64,000 nt of DNA from an uncultured Acidobacteriota bacterium (GCA_963804245.1 CAWDPQ010000004.1:4915-68914); one strand, 5' to 3'. Numbered from the stretch's first letter, positions 19,552-29,019 are shown. A program made the numbers and translations. The notes: generated by a model not told the origin, from the letters alone.

Positions 19552-20957
19552 CCCTGGTCCTCGCCGGCTCGCGTGAACACCGCCATCTGCGTCGGAGGAC
19601 CAACCGCGCTGTCCTCATCGCCGATCGGCCGATAGGTGACGGTGTAGCCGAAGCGCGAGGCCACTGCATCCGCCCAGCGCTGGAACTCGAGGCGCGTCCA
19701 CTCGAAGCGGTGATCCTGGTGTCGCAGCTGTCCCGCCGGCAGCGAGGGCCATTTCACGTTGTATTCGGCGTTCGGCGTCGTCAGAGCGATAGTTCCAGGT
19801 CGCGCCGACTCGAACAGCACGCGCTCGAATGCACGCAGCCTGGGCTGGTCGAGATGCTCGACAACTTCGACCACCGAGGCCGCGTCGAATCCGTTGAGCC
19901 GACTGTCCCGGTACATCAGGGAGCCGTGCAGCAGGCGAACGCGCTCGCGCTGCTTCGGCGCCAGGCGATCGAGCTTCAGGCGAGATTCCGCCAGATCGAG
20001 GACTCGCCCGGACACGTCCATGCCCACAACTGCCGCGAACTGATGATCGGCCATCAGGCGCCGCAGGAGCTTGCCCTCTCCGCATCCCAGATCGAGGACA
20101 CGCGAGGCGCCGGAAGTCTTCAGCACTTCGAACACGGCGTCGAGGCGGCGTTCGTTGAGACTGATGGTTCGCTCGATCGACGCTTCCTGCTCGTCCTTCT
20201 GAGCGGCCACCGCCTCTTCTTCGGGCTGTTCCTCTGCCGTCAGGCGGGCGATAGCGTCGCGAACGAGCCCGCGCTGATGCACGAGATATCGCGAGACGAT
20301 TGCGTCGCGCGAGGGGTGTCGATCGAGCCAGCCCTCGCCGTGGCGAAGGAGCTTTTCGACCTCGTCGGCTCCAACCCAATAGTGCTTCTGGTCGTCGAGC
20401 ACCGGAACGAGCACATACAGGTGGGTCAGCAGGTCGCTCAATCGGCGCGTCGCGCGGAGCGTGACGGTAAACAGCCGGCTCGGGCCGAGCGCCGGCATGC
20501 GCTCGTCGAGCTCATGGCGTGTCGCTTCGACTTCATACCCGAGAGGTTCGAACAACCCGCGGAGGAACGTCTCGCCGCCACGGCAGGGAAGGGCAGCGAG
20601 ACGTGCTTCGAGCGGCAGGGCAGTCGCCGTGAGATCGGGTTTGCGCTCGCATCGACCCGCAAGCGCCGAATTGAACCAGCGCGAAAGCACGACCGACAGT
20701 AGCGACGACGCGACGTACGGACGGTCGTTGACGTACTGATCTTCAGCGCCACTCTTGCCGCCGCGGCCACGGACCATTCCGACCGGGTCCACGTCGAGCA
20801 GGACGGCCGCCGTGCAGGCTTCCTCGGTCGCCTCCGTGTAGAAGACCGTGGCGTTGCCGAACGGAAATTCTCGGGTGTGGACGTGGTCCGGGTGCTTGTG
20901 CAAGAGGAACCCGAGATCCGTGGCTGGGCGGTGTGTCGTTCGTATGGTCAGAAGCAT
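19548..20957 (-). CDS. hen1: Bacterial Hen1 3'-terminal RNA ribose 2'-O-methyltransferase
   Basis: 469 aa. N-terminal Pnkp-activating domain (MLLTIRTTHRPATDLGFLLHKHP), SAM motif VLDLGCGEG and C-terminal FEWTRLEF. The stop overlaps the pnkp start (ATGA at 19548-19551). Confidence 0.9.
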   Translation of the reverse strand: MLLTIRTTHRPATDLGFLLHKHPDHVHTREFPFGNATVFYTEATEEACTAAVLLDVDPVGMVRGRGGKSGAEDQYVNDRPYVASSLLSVVLSRWFNSALAGRCERKPDLTATALPLEARLAALPCRGGETFLRGLFEPLGYEVEATRHELDERMPALGPSRLFTVTLRATRRLSDLLTHLYVLVPVLDDQKHYWVGADEVEKLLRHGEGWLDRHPSRDAIVSRYLVHQRGLVRDAIARLTAEEQPEEEAVAAQKDEQEASIERTISLNERRLDAVFEVLKTSGASRVLDLGCGEGKLLRRLMADHQFAAVVGMDVSGRVLDLAESRLKLDRLAPKQRERVRLLHGSLMYRDSRLNGFDAASVVEVVEHLDQPRLRAFERVLFESARPGTIALTTPNAEYNVKWPSLPAGQLRHQDHRFEWTRLEFQRWADAVASRFGYTVTYRPIGDEDSAVGPPTQMAVFTRAGEDQG

Positions 20958-21005
20958 GGACCGGGCCGTCTGGCAACGTCACATTCCAGTATCGGCGAAA
21001 ACGGG

Positions 21006-21200
21006 TCATCGCTTACTCCGAGGCAGCTTGCGACTGACCTCTCGACCGACGCCCTTTCCTGCGGCCCAGCCGTCTTCGACCGCGTGGACGAAGTGAATGC
21101 CGCCATACACCCACGACATCCCGGCTACGTGCGCGAGCGGCAGCCACCCCGGTGCCACGGCTGAGGTCGAACGACTTTTCGAGGCCGATGACTGTGTCGG
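21006..21200 (-). pseudogene. C-terminal remnant of a PAP2/vanadium-haloperoxidase-like protein
   Basis: Own minus-strand translation gives ..MSWVYGGIHFVHAVEDGWAAGKGVGREVSRKL.. ending at the stop at 21006-21008, with a further frame break upstream. There is no N-terminal part and no start. Confidence 0.3.
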
Positions 21201-21305
21201 GACGATCGACTCATGGCTTGACGAATGGCAAACGGCGGTTCTCTAATTGCCATCGTTAGTGAACGGCCGTTGAGTAATGGCCGTTCGCCGCTTCAGGAGC
21301 CACTC

Positions 21306-22424
21306 ATGCCGACACGTTCACGTGCTCATCGGCGCTCGCCTTCCACGACTCAGTCCGGCCCGCCTCCGCTGCAAGGGCAGATCGCGCTCGTCGCCGGTGC
21401 CACCAGAGGGGCGGGGCGTGGGATCGCACGGGCGCTCGGGGAAGCCGGCGCCACGGTGTTTTGCACCGGTCGGAGCGTGACGGGCAGGCCGTCGCCATAC
21501 GGGCGGCCCGAAACCGTCGACGAAACGGCCAGCCTGATCACGGCCGCAGGCGGACAGGCGGTCGCGCTGCGCGTCGATCACACGGTCGAGGCCGAGGTCG
21601 GGGCGCTGGTCACGCGTATTGTGAAGGAGCACGGGCGGCTCGACGTCCTCGTGAACAGCATCGCCGGCGAAGAACCCCTGATGGGGCAGTGGGGATCGTT
21701 CTGGGACGTCGACGTCGCGCAGGCAGACCAGGTATTCAGACAGGCGCTCGTGTCGCACATCGTGACAGCGAAGCACGTGGCGCCGCACATGATCCGGAGG
21801 CGGCGTGGGCTGATCGTCGAGGTCACCGAGAGCGACATCCTCGGAGGTGGCGGCAACCCGCTGGCGTGGTCGGTCAAGTTGGCCACGAAGGGGCTCGCCC
21901 TGAACATGGCCGCGGAACTCCACGTCCACAACGTGACGGCGGTGGCGATCACGCCTGGGTTCCTGCGGTCAGAGGCGATGCTCGATGGAATGGGCGTGAC
22001 GGAAGCCAATTGGCGAGACGCCGGCAAGAAAGACAGCAACTTCCTGGAGTCGGAATCACCGTTGTACGTGGGCCGCGCCGTGGCGGCACTCGCACAGGAT
22101 CCGAAGATGCTCGCCCGCACGGGCCAACTGTGGAGCTCCTGGGAGCTGAGTCGTGACTATAGGTTCATCGATGACGATGGCCGCCGGCCAGATTGGGGCG
22201 CTCGGAAGACCATTGATTTCTCGATGTTCCCCCCGTCGTTCCTCGAGATGTTTCGAACGGGCCTGGAGCTTCAGGCCATGTGGCTGGCTCGTCTGGGCGA
22301 GCGAACCGCACGGACGCTGCGCCAGCTTCCGCGTCAAGCGACAGAGAACCGTACGCAACGATCCGGCGGAAGGCGGAAACCTCGGCGATCCATGAGAGCC
22401 TCGCGCGTGAAATCGCGGCGCTAA
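21306..22424 (+). CDS. SDR-family oxidoreductase
   Basis: IALVAGATRGAGRGIARALGEAGATV (TGxxxGxG-type motif). The start was chosen at the ATG at 21306, which is preceded by AGGAG. Confidence 0.8.
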   Translation: MPTRSRAHRRSPSTTQSGPPPLQGQIALVAGATRGAGRGIARALGEAGATVFCTGRSVTGRPSPYGRPETVDETASLITAAGGQAVALRVDHTVEAEVGALVTRIVKEHGRLDVLVNSIAGEEPLMGQWGSFWDVDVAQADQVFRQALVSHIVTAKHVAPHMIRRRRGLIVEVTESDILGGGGNPLAWSVKLATKGLALNMAAELHVHNVTAVAITPGFLRSEAMLDGMGVTEANWRDAGKKDSNFLESESPLYVGRAVAALAQDPKMLARTGQLWSSWELSRDYRFIDDDGRRPDWGARKTIDFSMFPPSFLEMFRTGLELQAMWLARLGERTARTLRQLPRQATENRTQRSGGRRKPRRSMRASRVKSRR

Positions 22425-22617
22425 CAATCCGGACCCTGATCAGCTTTCATTCTTCGTTATCTGTACGACGTCCTTCAGCGGGACCCATCGTTCGAGGCGG
22501 TCTCGTCCGGCTGCCTGGGTGCGTGGCCCACACTTCACGAAGTCTCCGCGTATCTCCGTCACCGGCAGGCTGTGATCAGGTCGACCATGTGGCTGGCGGC
22601 ACGGTCGGGCTGACGTT

Positions 22618-22626
22618 TGGTATAAT
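22618..22626 (+). promoter_or_regulatory. Extended -10 promoter element TGgTATAAT
   Basis: A perfect TATAAT (22621-22626) with TG one base upstream, in otherwise very GC-rich DNA. The -35 is weak (GGCACG at 17 nt spacing). Confidence 0.4.
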
Positions 22627-22632
22627 GATTTT

Positions 22633-22750
22633 CTCGGGAGCGTCCCGGCGGGGATCGTCGAACATCGGTAGTCGGTCCGACGCAACGCACCATCTCGAGG
22701 CCCCGCAAACCACATTCAGAGGGGTTACGGCATTCGCCGTAACCCCTTTT
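22633..22750 (+). ncRNA. Candidate structured leader RNA or small RNA of unknown class, ending in an intrinsic terminator
   Basis: A GC-rich segment of about 115 nt between the extended -10 promoter and a 10-11 bp terminator hairpin. An internal GCGGGG (22649-22654) / CCCCGC (22701-22706) pairing encloses further short helices. No protein-like frame is present. It lies immediately upstream of the AGGAG-ATG of the 22782 gene. Confidence 0.35.
22721..22750 (+). terminator. Intrinsic terminator
   Basis: GGGGTTACGG cattcg CCGTAACCCC followed by TTTT. Confidence 0.6.
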
Positions 22751-22781
22751 GCTTTGTACCTCGCCTAGAAAGGAGAGTGGT

Positions 22782-23201
22782 ATGGACGACGAGTCGCTGG
22801 TCCGATTGTTCGAAGCTGGAGAAATGCCGCCGAACGGGTTCCATCACCCGGACCACGTTCGCGTCGCGTGGTGGTACCTCACTCAGCACCAACTGCCTGA
22901 AGCGCTGTCCCGGTTCACGACCGCGCTGCGCCGATTCGCGCTCGCGCAGGGAAAGCCGCAGCTGTTCCACGAGACGATCACGACGGCCTACATGCTCCTG
23001 ATCAACGAACGGCTCGATGACTCGAGCCGTGGCCTCACGTGGGACGCGTTCGCCGCCGGCAATCACGATCTGCTGTCGTGGCGGCCCTCGGTGCTCGATC
23101 GCTATTACCACGCGGAGACACTCTCGTCGGATCGCGCGCGTCGGACGTTCGTGATGCCGGATCGGCTGGGGCCTGTCGTTCAGTCCAGCCGTCCACGCTG
23201 A
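22782..23201 (+). CDS. Conserved-looking hypothetical protein (139 aa)
   Basis: AAAGGAGAG lies 6 nt upstream of the ATG at 22782. The sequence MDDESLVRLFEAGEMPPNGFHHPDHVRVAWWYL.. has a strong G/C third-position bias. I recognise no family. Confidence 0.6.
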   Translation: MDDESLVRLFEAGEMPPNGFHHPDHVRVAWWYLTQHQLPEALSRFTTALRRFALAQGKPQLFHETITTAYMLLINERLDDSSRGLTWDAFAAGNHDLLSWRPSVLDRYYHAETLSSDRARRTFVMPDRLGPVVQSSRPR

Positions 23202-23402
23202 GGCACCGTTTCGCGAGAAAAGTGCCACTGGCCGCTCCCGCAGCCCGCAGGTGGCGAACTGCTCGGTCAGAAGACCGGGCGGTTGGTGTCCCTTCGGCCA
23301 ATCGTGACCGCTCACGGCCGGCCGCCACCAGGTCGCGGGCGCGCGCGGTCATTTCCTTGAATACACGGGGCTCGCGACCGGCATGCCGTTTGACAGGACG
23401 GG

Positions 23403-24246
23403 ATGCGGTCCATGGGAAGAGTTCTCGCAGTTCGGCCCGACCCGCCACTGGTGACCGCACTCGGCACGGTGCTCGACCTTGGGCGACACCAGCTGGAGTT
23501 CTGTAGCGGCAGTGCCGAGGCGATTCGACGGGTGCGCGAACGGGCAATAGACGTTGTCGTGACCGATCCCGTAACGCCGATCGAGGAGGATCTGGCGCTT
23601 GCCACCGAGGTGCTGCAGATGCGCCCGGCGGTGCGGACCATCGTGCTCGCACCCGAGGCGACGCAGACCGACGTCGTGACGGCGATCCGCGCCAACGTAT
23701 TTGCCTGCTTCACCTGCCCCTACGACTACGCCGAAATCGCATCGATGACGGGTACCGCACTGCAGGCTGACAATTGGCGTGACGGCATTCAGGTCGTCTC
23801 CGGGCTCCCGGTACTGGCTCACGCTTCGTGCGTCCTGTCACCTGCTGACGGCCGATCGGCTCGTACGTTTCATGACCGAGCTGCAGGCATCTGTCCCTGG
23901 CGAGCGCGACCTGCTCATCACGGCGTTCCGCGAGATGTTGCTCAACGCCATGGAACACGGCGCCGGTTTCGATCCCGAAAAGGTCATCGAGGTCACCGCT
24001 GCGAGGACAGCGCGGGCAATCGTCTATCACTTTCGCGATCCCGGCGTCGGTTTCAATGCGGGGACGCTGGAGCACACTGCGGCGGCGACGAGCGATCCCG
24101 ACGACGTGATGTCGACTGCCATGCGCCGGGCCGAGATGGGACTCCGCCCGGGGGGATTCGGCATGTTGATCGTGAGGAACGTGGTCGATGAGCTCGTCTA
24201 CAACGAACGTGGAAACGAAGTACTCCTCATCAAACATCTCGATTGA
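23403..24246 (+). pseudogene. Pseudo-receiver domain fused to an RsbW/SpoIIAB-like HATPase_c serine kinase, frameshifted
   Basis: The N-terminal receiver-like fold has degenerate acidic pocket and Lys positions (VLAVRPDPP, DVVVTDPVTP, CFTCPYD). The C-terminal part has N-box LLNAMEHG, then DPGVGF and GGFGMLIV. The frame changes near 23805 (..DGIQVVSG / SRYWLTLRASCHLL..). Confidence 0.65.
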
Positions 24247-24279
24247 GATGTTCTCTGCGCTGTCCGGCGTCACAGGCTG

Positions 24280-24591
24280 TTGTTCGACGTGGGCCTGGGA
24301 TATCTCAACGAACAGAGACCGGACGACCACTTCGATTCGGCGACGCTATCTCTGGGCGGGGCATACCGCTTCAACATGTCGACGACCAGCGAGTTCACGT
24401 ACGAGCCCAGGTTCCTGCTGCCATTTGCCGACGCAGGCGCGTGGAAGTTCAGCCAGAATGCGGCGCTCACCGTAGCGCTGAACACGATTCTGTCCCTGAA
24501 GGTCGCGCACACCCTCCGTTATTCCGCCGAGCCACCTGCGGGTTTCGAAACGACAGACACGATCATGGCTGTGTCGCTCGTCGCCAAGGTG
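24280..24591 (+). pseudogene. N-terminally truncated DUF481 outer-membrane beta-barrel remnant
   Basis: FDVGLGYLNEQRPDDHFDSATLSLGGAYRFNMS...WKFSQNAALTVALNTILSLKVAHTLRYSAEPPAGFETTDT..SLVAKV matches only the last 100 aa or so of this roughly 250 aa family. There is no signal peptide, and the open frame runs on into the next gene. Confidence 0.45.
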
Positions 24592-24616
24592 CGGCGCCCG
24601 AGAAGATGCAGCCAGG

Positions 24617-25594
24617 CTATGAAAGATTGGCCAGAATCGTGTTGTAAACGATGCGCACGCCCTCGTGCCTCGCCACTTCGATCGCGTAGAGACCTTTGTA
24701 GCCCAGTCCTTCTGTGAACTTGACGGCCTGGCCGACATCCCAGAACGGACTCGACTTGATGTGCATGTTGCCCGACGAGTACGGGAGCCAGCCCTTGATG
24801 CAGTCGTGCAACTCCTGCTGGTTCATCGCGCCGACGTTGCCGATGTCCACGTTGGACGCCGCTCCGGCGTCCTTGATGACGCCGATCATGAACTCCCACG
24901 GCTTGACGCCACCGATCTGCTGGACGTACTCCGGTGTGCCCGCGCCGCGCGTTTCCGCCGATACCTTCACGTTCTTCGGCCGGCCGTAGTCGGCCATGGC
25001 CTTCATGGCGGCGACGGCACCGTCGCGCGTCTCCTTCGTGAGCTGGGCCTGCTGCTGATTGATCATCACGCGCGGGCATCCGTACTGGGCCGCGATGTCG
25101 ATCCACTGCTTCACGTGATCGACGGCCTGCTGGCGGCCTGCGGCGTCTTTGTTGGAGATGGACTGGACGGTGCCGAACTCCAGGTTGATCTGGCTCATGG
25201 CGACGTTGTTCTCGTCGAGCCTGGCCTTCAGCTCCTTGATGAACGCCGGGTCAGTCTCGGACTGGACGATCGTCGTGTGCTGATACTCGATGCTGCGGAT
25301 GCCGTAGATCTCCACATACATCTTCGGCAGGTCGAACGGGGTCAGCGTCTGGTCGGGCGTTGGGTTCGGTTCGTTGGGATTTCGCAGGTAGCCGTTGAAA
25401 TTCAACGTCATCAGCGAGATGCGCGCGAGCTTCGCCGGCGGGACCGGCGCTGGAACGCGGCCGCGGCCGCCGCCCCGGCCCTGCCCGCCACCCGGTTGGC
25501 CGCCCGGAGGGGGCGCCTGCGTCCCCTGGCCCGGCAACCCTACCACGGTCGCCGCACTGACTGCCGCACCCACGAGAAACTCTCGACGCTTCAT
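24617..25594 (-). CDS. Tat-exported sugar-phosphate isomerase/epimerase (xylose-isomerase-like TIM barrel)
   Basis: Twin-arginine signal MKRREFLVGAAVSAA, a Gly/Pro-rich linker, then TIM-barrel blocks (IEYQH.., GCPRVMIN, AETRG, YAIEV). Confidence 0.75.
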   Translation of the reverse strand: MKRREFLVGAAVSAATVVGLPGQGTQAPPPGGQPGGGQGRGGGRGRVPAPVPPAKLARISLMTLNFNGYLRNPNEPNPTPDQTLTPFDLPKMYVEIYGIRSIEYQHTTIVQSETDPAFIKELKARLDENNVAMSQINLEFGTVQSISNKDAAGRQQAVDHVKQWIDIAAQYGCPRVMINQQQAQLTKETRDGAVAAMKAMADYGRPKNVKVSAETRGAGTPEYVQQIGGVKPWEFMIGVIKDAGAASNVDIGNVGAMNQQELHDCIKGWLPYSSGNMHIKSSPFWDVGQAVKFTEGLGYKGLYAIEVARHEGVRIVYNTILANLS

Positions 25595-25666
25595 CTTCCT
25601 GCTCCTTGAGTCGACGAAATCGCCATCATCATCGTCTCAAACGCTTCTGACATCAATTCGCAACCC

Positions 25667-26073
25667 CTACTTCCCCTGTTTCTTCCCGGATCCGCGCTTG
25701 ATCGTCTGACTGAACTCGAGCATCTGCGCCATGTTCATCGTGTCGCCGTCAGCGTCAGTGAAATAACGGCGCGGTCCTCCTTGCCGTTCTCGAATCGCGT
25801 CAGGGTGAGCACGAGCACGTCGCGATCCTTCAGAATACCGGTGGCGTTGATCGGCGGGAATTTCCCGGACTGAACGCTTGCGGCGACAACGCCCTTCTCA
25901 TCCCAGATTCGTACGGTCTCCGTCGCGCCCTGGGGATTGGTCATGGAGATCACCCAGGTGCCCATGAACGCCGTCACTTGCGACGAGTTGACCGAGGAAG
26001 CTTGCCAGCCCGACACGGATGCGACGAGACACAGGACTCCAATCAACACTATCTTTCTCTGGCATGAACGCAT
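25667..26073 (-). pseudogene. Small secreted protein of unknown function, C-terminal frameshift
   Basis: It has a signal peptide (MRSCQRKIVLIGVLCLVASVSG). The ORF-track frame stops at 25735, but the adjacent frame continues as GDTMNMAQMLEFSQTIKRGSGKKQGK* to 25667. This suggests a 1-nt indel near 25750. Confidence 0.4.
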
Positions 26074-26163
26074 GTGCCCACCCCCTCGCTCGGTCCGATG
26101 CAGCCAGGCAAGTATCTCACTCTGATTTCAACACGGCGAGTTTCAAGGTACGCTTGCCTGCAC

Positions 26164-27342
26164 ATGATGTTGCAGCATTCACGCGTCGCTCTGGCGTTTG
26201 GCTTGGTGACGAGTCTCGTTGGCGTGGCCGGGCAGAGCGTACCTCCGGCAACGAGGTTGCTCAGAGTCATTGGCTACTACGCCGACTGGACGGCAGCCAA
26301 ATATCCACTCGCGGAGATTCCGGCAGACAGACTCACGCATGTCAACTACGCGTTCGGCAAGATTGGTCCCGACAACCGGCTCACCTGGAACGCCAGCGCT
26401 GCCGTCGAAAAGATATATCCAGGTGACTGCACCGATCCGGGGTGCGCGCATGGGTTGTTCAACCAGATCACGCGGCTGAAGCAGAAGCATTCCCATCTGA
26501 AATTCCTCATCTCGGTCGGCGGATGGACCGACTCAGGGCCGTTCTACGAAATGGCCGCTGCGGACGAGAGCCGGCACACCTTCGCCCAGTCCTGCGCCGA
26601 CTTCCTGAAGACGTATCCGCAATTCGACGGCATCGACATCGACTGGGAACATCCCGTGTCCGGCGGATTGCAACCCGGCAGCCCGCGTGATGCGCGCAAC
26701 TACGTGACGCTGCTGGCGTCGCTGCGCAAGGCGATTGGACCTGACAAACTCTTGACCGTTGCCGCGAGTGCGAGCCCGCGCGGCATCGATCCGATCGAGT
26801 ACGCCGACATGGCGGGAATCCTCGACTGGGTCAGCGTGATGACCTACGACTTCCACACCGGCGGAACCCGCACGGGATTCAACTCTGCGCTCTACAACCA
26901 CGACGACCCATCGAATCCCCGCTTGAATCTGCACGATGCGGTGCAGGCGATCGCCGCCAAAGGCATACCGCGGTCAAAGCTCGTCGCGGGCGTGCCATTC
27001 TACGGTCGGGGCTGGCGCGGCGTGGAGTCCTCCGCGGTATGGAGCACGGGAACAGGATCGCTTCAAGTTGGCGGCTACCGGACGGTCGCCGAGACGTTCC
27101 TGAAATCACCCGACTACGTGCGGTATTGGGATGACGTCGCGAAAGTGCCGTGGCTGTACAACGCGACCAAGAAGGAGTGGATCACCTACGAAGATCCGCA
27201 ATCGATGCGGCTCAAGGGTGAGTACATCGTCGCTCAGAATCTGGGTGGGGCGATGTTCTGGGAACTGTCAAACGACGATGGCACCTTGCTCGATGCGTTG
27301 CGCAGCGGTCTCGGCGTGGGCGCGCCCGGGACCGGCAAGTGA
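26164..27342 (+). CDS. Glycoside hydrolase family 18 chitinase
   Basis: Catalytic DGIDIDWEHP, plus YYADW, NYAF, ISVGGW, MTYDFH and GAMFWELSND. The start was chosen at 26164 (MMLQHSRVALAFGLVTSLVGVAG, a signal peptide). Confidence 0.85.
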   Translation: MMLQHSRVALAFGLVTSLVGVAGQSVPPATRLLRVIGYYADWTAAKYPLAEIPADRLTHVNYAFGKIGPDNRLTWNASAAVEKIYPGDCTDPGCAHGLFNQITRLKQKHSHLKFLISVGGWTDSGPFYEMAAADESRHTFAQSCADFLKTYPQFDGIDIDWEHPVSGGLQPGSPRDARNYVTLLASLRKAIGPDKLLTVAASASPRGIDPIEYADMAGILDWVSVMTYDFHTGGTRTGFNSALYNHDDPSNPRLNLHDAVQAIAAKGIPRSKLVAGVPFYGRGWRGVESSAVWSTGTGSLQVGGYRTVAETFLKSPDYVRYWDDVAKVPWLYNATKKEWITYEDPQSMRLKGEYIVAQNLGGAMFWELSNDDGTLLDALRSGLGVGAPGTGK

Positions 27343-27466
27343 TCTCATGCTTTCCCTCGACGGACACGGTCGTCGTAGTTACCTGAGTGCCAACAAACGC
27401 CTTGGGTTCCTGAAATTTCAGAGACGCACGGTAGCGAACAAAAGACGAAACTGATACGATCTGCCC

Positions 27467-27769
27467 GTGTCGGTGCTCCGCCCGCGCCCGTGCCGCGTTT
27501 CCGTTCGCGACATCGACGGCGTCGTCCACAGCGTTGACGTGAGTGGCGCGACGCTGTTCGAAGCGGCGGCGCAGGCGGTCGCCGTGTTCGAACGAGAGCC
27601 GTGGGCCGCGGAGGCACTCACGCCAGGTGCGGCACTCGACGTCGAGGTGGCGATCCCGGCTGTCACACATCGCGTGCCGCTGTCGGCGTTGCGGAAATGG
27701 ATCGGATCACCGACGACGAGCCCGCGAGAGAAAGCGATCAAGCAACTGCTGAACCGGGAGGGCGGGTGA
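27467..27769 (+). CDS. Hypothetical small protein (100 aa)
   Basis: GTG start and very strong G/C third-position bias. The sequence is globular-looking (..VRDIDGVVHSVDVSGATLFEAAAQAVAVFEREPWAAE..). I recognise no family. Confidence 0.5.
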   Translation: MSVLRPRPCRVSVRDIDGVVHSVDVSGATLFEAAAQAVAVFEREPWAAEALTPGAALDVEVAIPAVTHRVPLSALRKWIGSPTTSPREKAIKQLLNREGG

Positions 27770-27779
27770 CCACCCCAAC

Positions 27780-29019
27780 TTACGCGCCAGCCTCGCCGGC
27801 GCCACGCGGGACGAACAGCACGGCCACGAACGCGAGGATTGTGTACAGGGTCATCATCAGGAAGAGCGGACGGTAGCCGTCGAACAGATCGAAGAGGCTG
27901 CCGTTCAGCGGATCGCCAATCCCGCCGCCGAGCGCCATGGACAGAACGAACAACGCCGCGACGACACCTCTGGAGGAGCGCGGAATCGGTTCGACGAACA
28001 GCGGATAGGCGTTCACCATCGGCAGCGTCCAGCCGGCGGACGCAAGCGCCAGCAGCGGCGTGGCCTGCGCGAGCGTTGCAACCCGGTCGAGGGCAAACAG
28101 GGAAATCGCCATCAGCGCGAACCCGACGAGCATCGCGTTACGCCGGCCGATTCGTACGCCGATGAAGCCGGCCGGCAGCGCGCCGATCATCCCGCCTAGT
28201 GACCACGCGATGAAACCGATCGTCACGTCCGCTGGTTGCACGCCGAAGCGTTCTGTGCCGTGGAGCGCGTACCAGGTGGTGAAACTCTGGAAAGTGAGCT
28301 GCATCAGCACCGTCGCGATGAAGACGGCGCGCATTCCCGGTATCGTTCCGCGCACGGCGGCCAGTCCGGCGTTCAAGAGTGAAAGATGCGTCGCCTCCGC
28401 CGCTTGTGATTGGGACGCTGCCGGTTCCCTGAGGCTGAGCACGAAGACGACCGTAATGAGGAGTACTGTCCCGGCGGCAATGAGAAACGCCGGCTGCATG
28501 CCGAGCATGCGACCCAGCATCAGGAAGACGACCGCGCCGACGCACATCTGGAACGTCACCGATCCGGTCGCGAGCGATCGGTATCGCGAGGGTATGAGAT
28601 CGGCCAGCAGCGCTTGAAAAGGCGATCGCTGCAGATTGATCCCACCATACAAGATCACGATCGCAACAATCAGCCCCGCAAGGCCGAACCTGGCGGATGA
28701 CGGGAACATGACCATGCCGGCGGCGGCGAGGTACAAATCCCGCGATGACGATGGGCAAACGGCCGCGACCGCGGGCAGTGGCGCGGTCCGAGGCCGCGCC
28801 AGCCCAGGGAACGAGCAGGAGCAAGAGGACATTGTCGATGGCCATGACCGCGCCGATGGCTGTGCGCTGGTCGCCCAGTGCGTCCCGCACCAGGAGCGGA
28901 ACGAATGTGCTCAGCAGGGGCCCGGTCACGCCGGCAAAGAGTCCGCCCAGGCCAACGATCAGGCACTCGACGAAGGGTGTTCGCGCGGCTAACGGCTCCG
29001 ACCGTATGTTGGTTGTCAT
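27780..29019 (-). pseudogene. MFS transporter, frameshifted
   Basis: The N-terminal TM1-2 are in the frame of ORF 28138-29019 (..LLLVPWAGAASDRATARGRGRLPIVIAG). The rest is in the frame of ORF 27780-28832 (LYLAAAGMVMF...12-TM pattern). The junction is at the GGG/CCC run near 28740. Confidence 0.75.

Noticed and set aside
21226-21285. TGGCAA...TTGCCA and AACGGCCGTT palindromes upstream of the SDR gene, considered as a sigma54 promoter or operator.
   Set aside because: The spacing between the GG and GC elements is about 15 nt rather than the 4-5 nt separating the TGGCAC and TTGC blocks of sigma54 promoters. The short palindromes are GC-rich and could be chance. No regulator gene is adjacent.
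22440-22562. A 40-codon minus-strand ORF (VTEIRGDFVKCGPRTQAAGRDRLERWVPLKDVVQITKNES) downstream of the SDR gene.
   Set aside because: It has only a moderate codon-bias signal, no ribosome-binding site and no recognisable family. The evidence is insufficient.
22633-22750. Assignment of the structured leader to a known riboswitch class (c-di-GMP-I, guanidine-I/II/III, fluoride, ZTP, glycine, SAH).
   Set aside because: Only short fortuitous matches (GACGCAACGC, CCGCAAACC, GGUCCGA) were found. The order and context of conserved cores do not fit any of these consensus structures. The segment is kept as an unclassified candidate.
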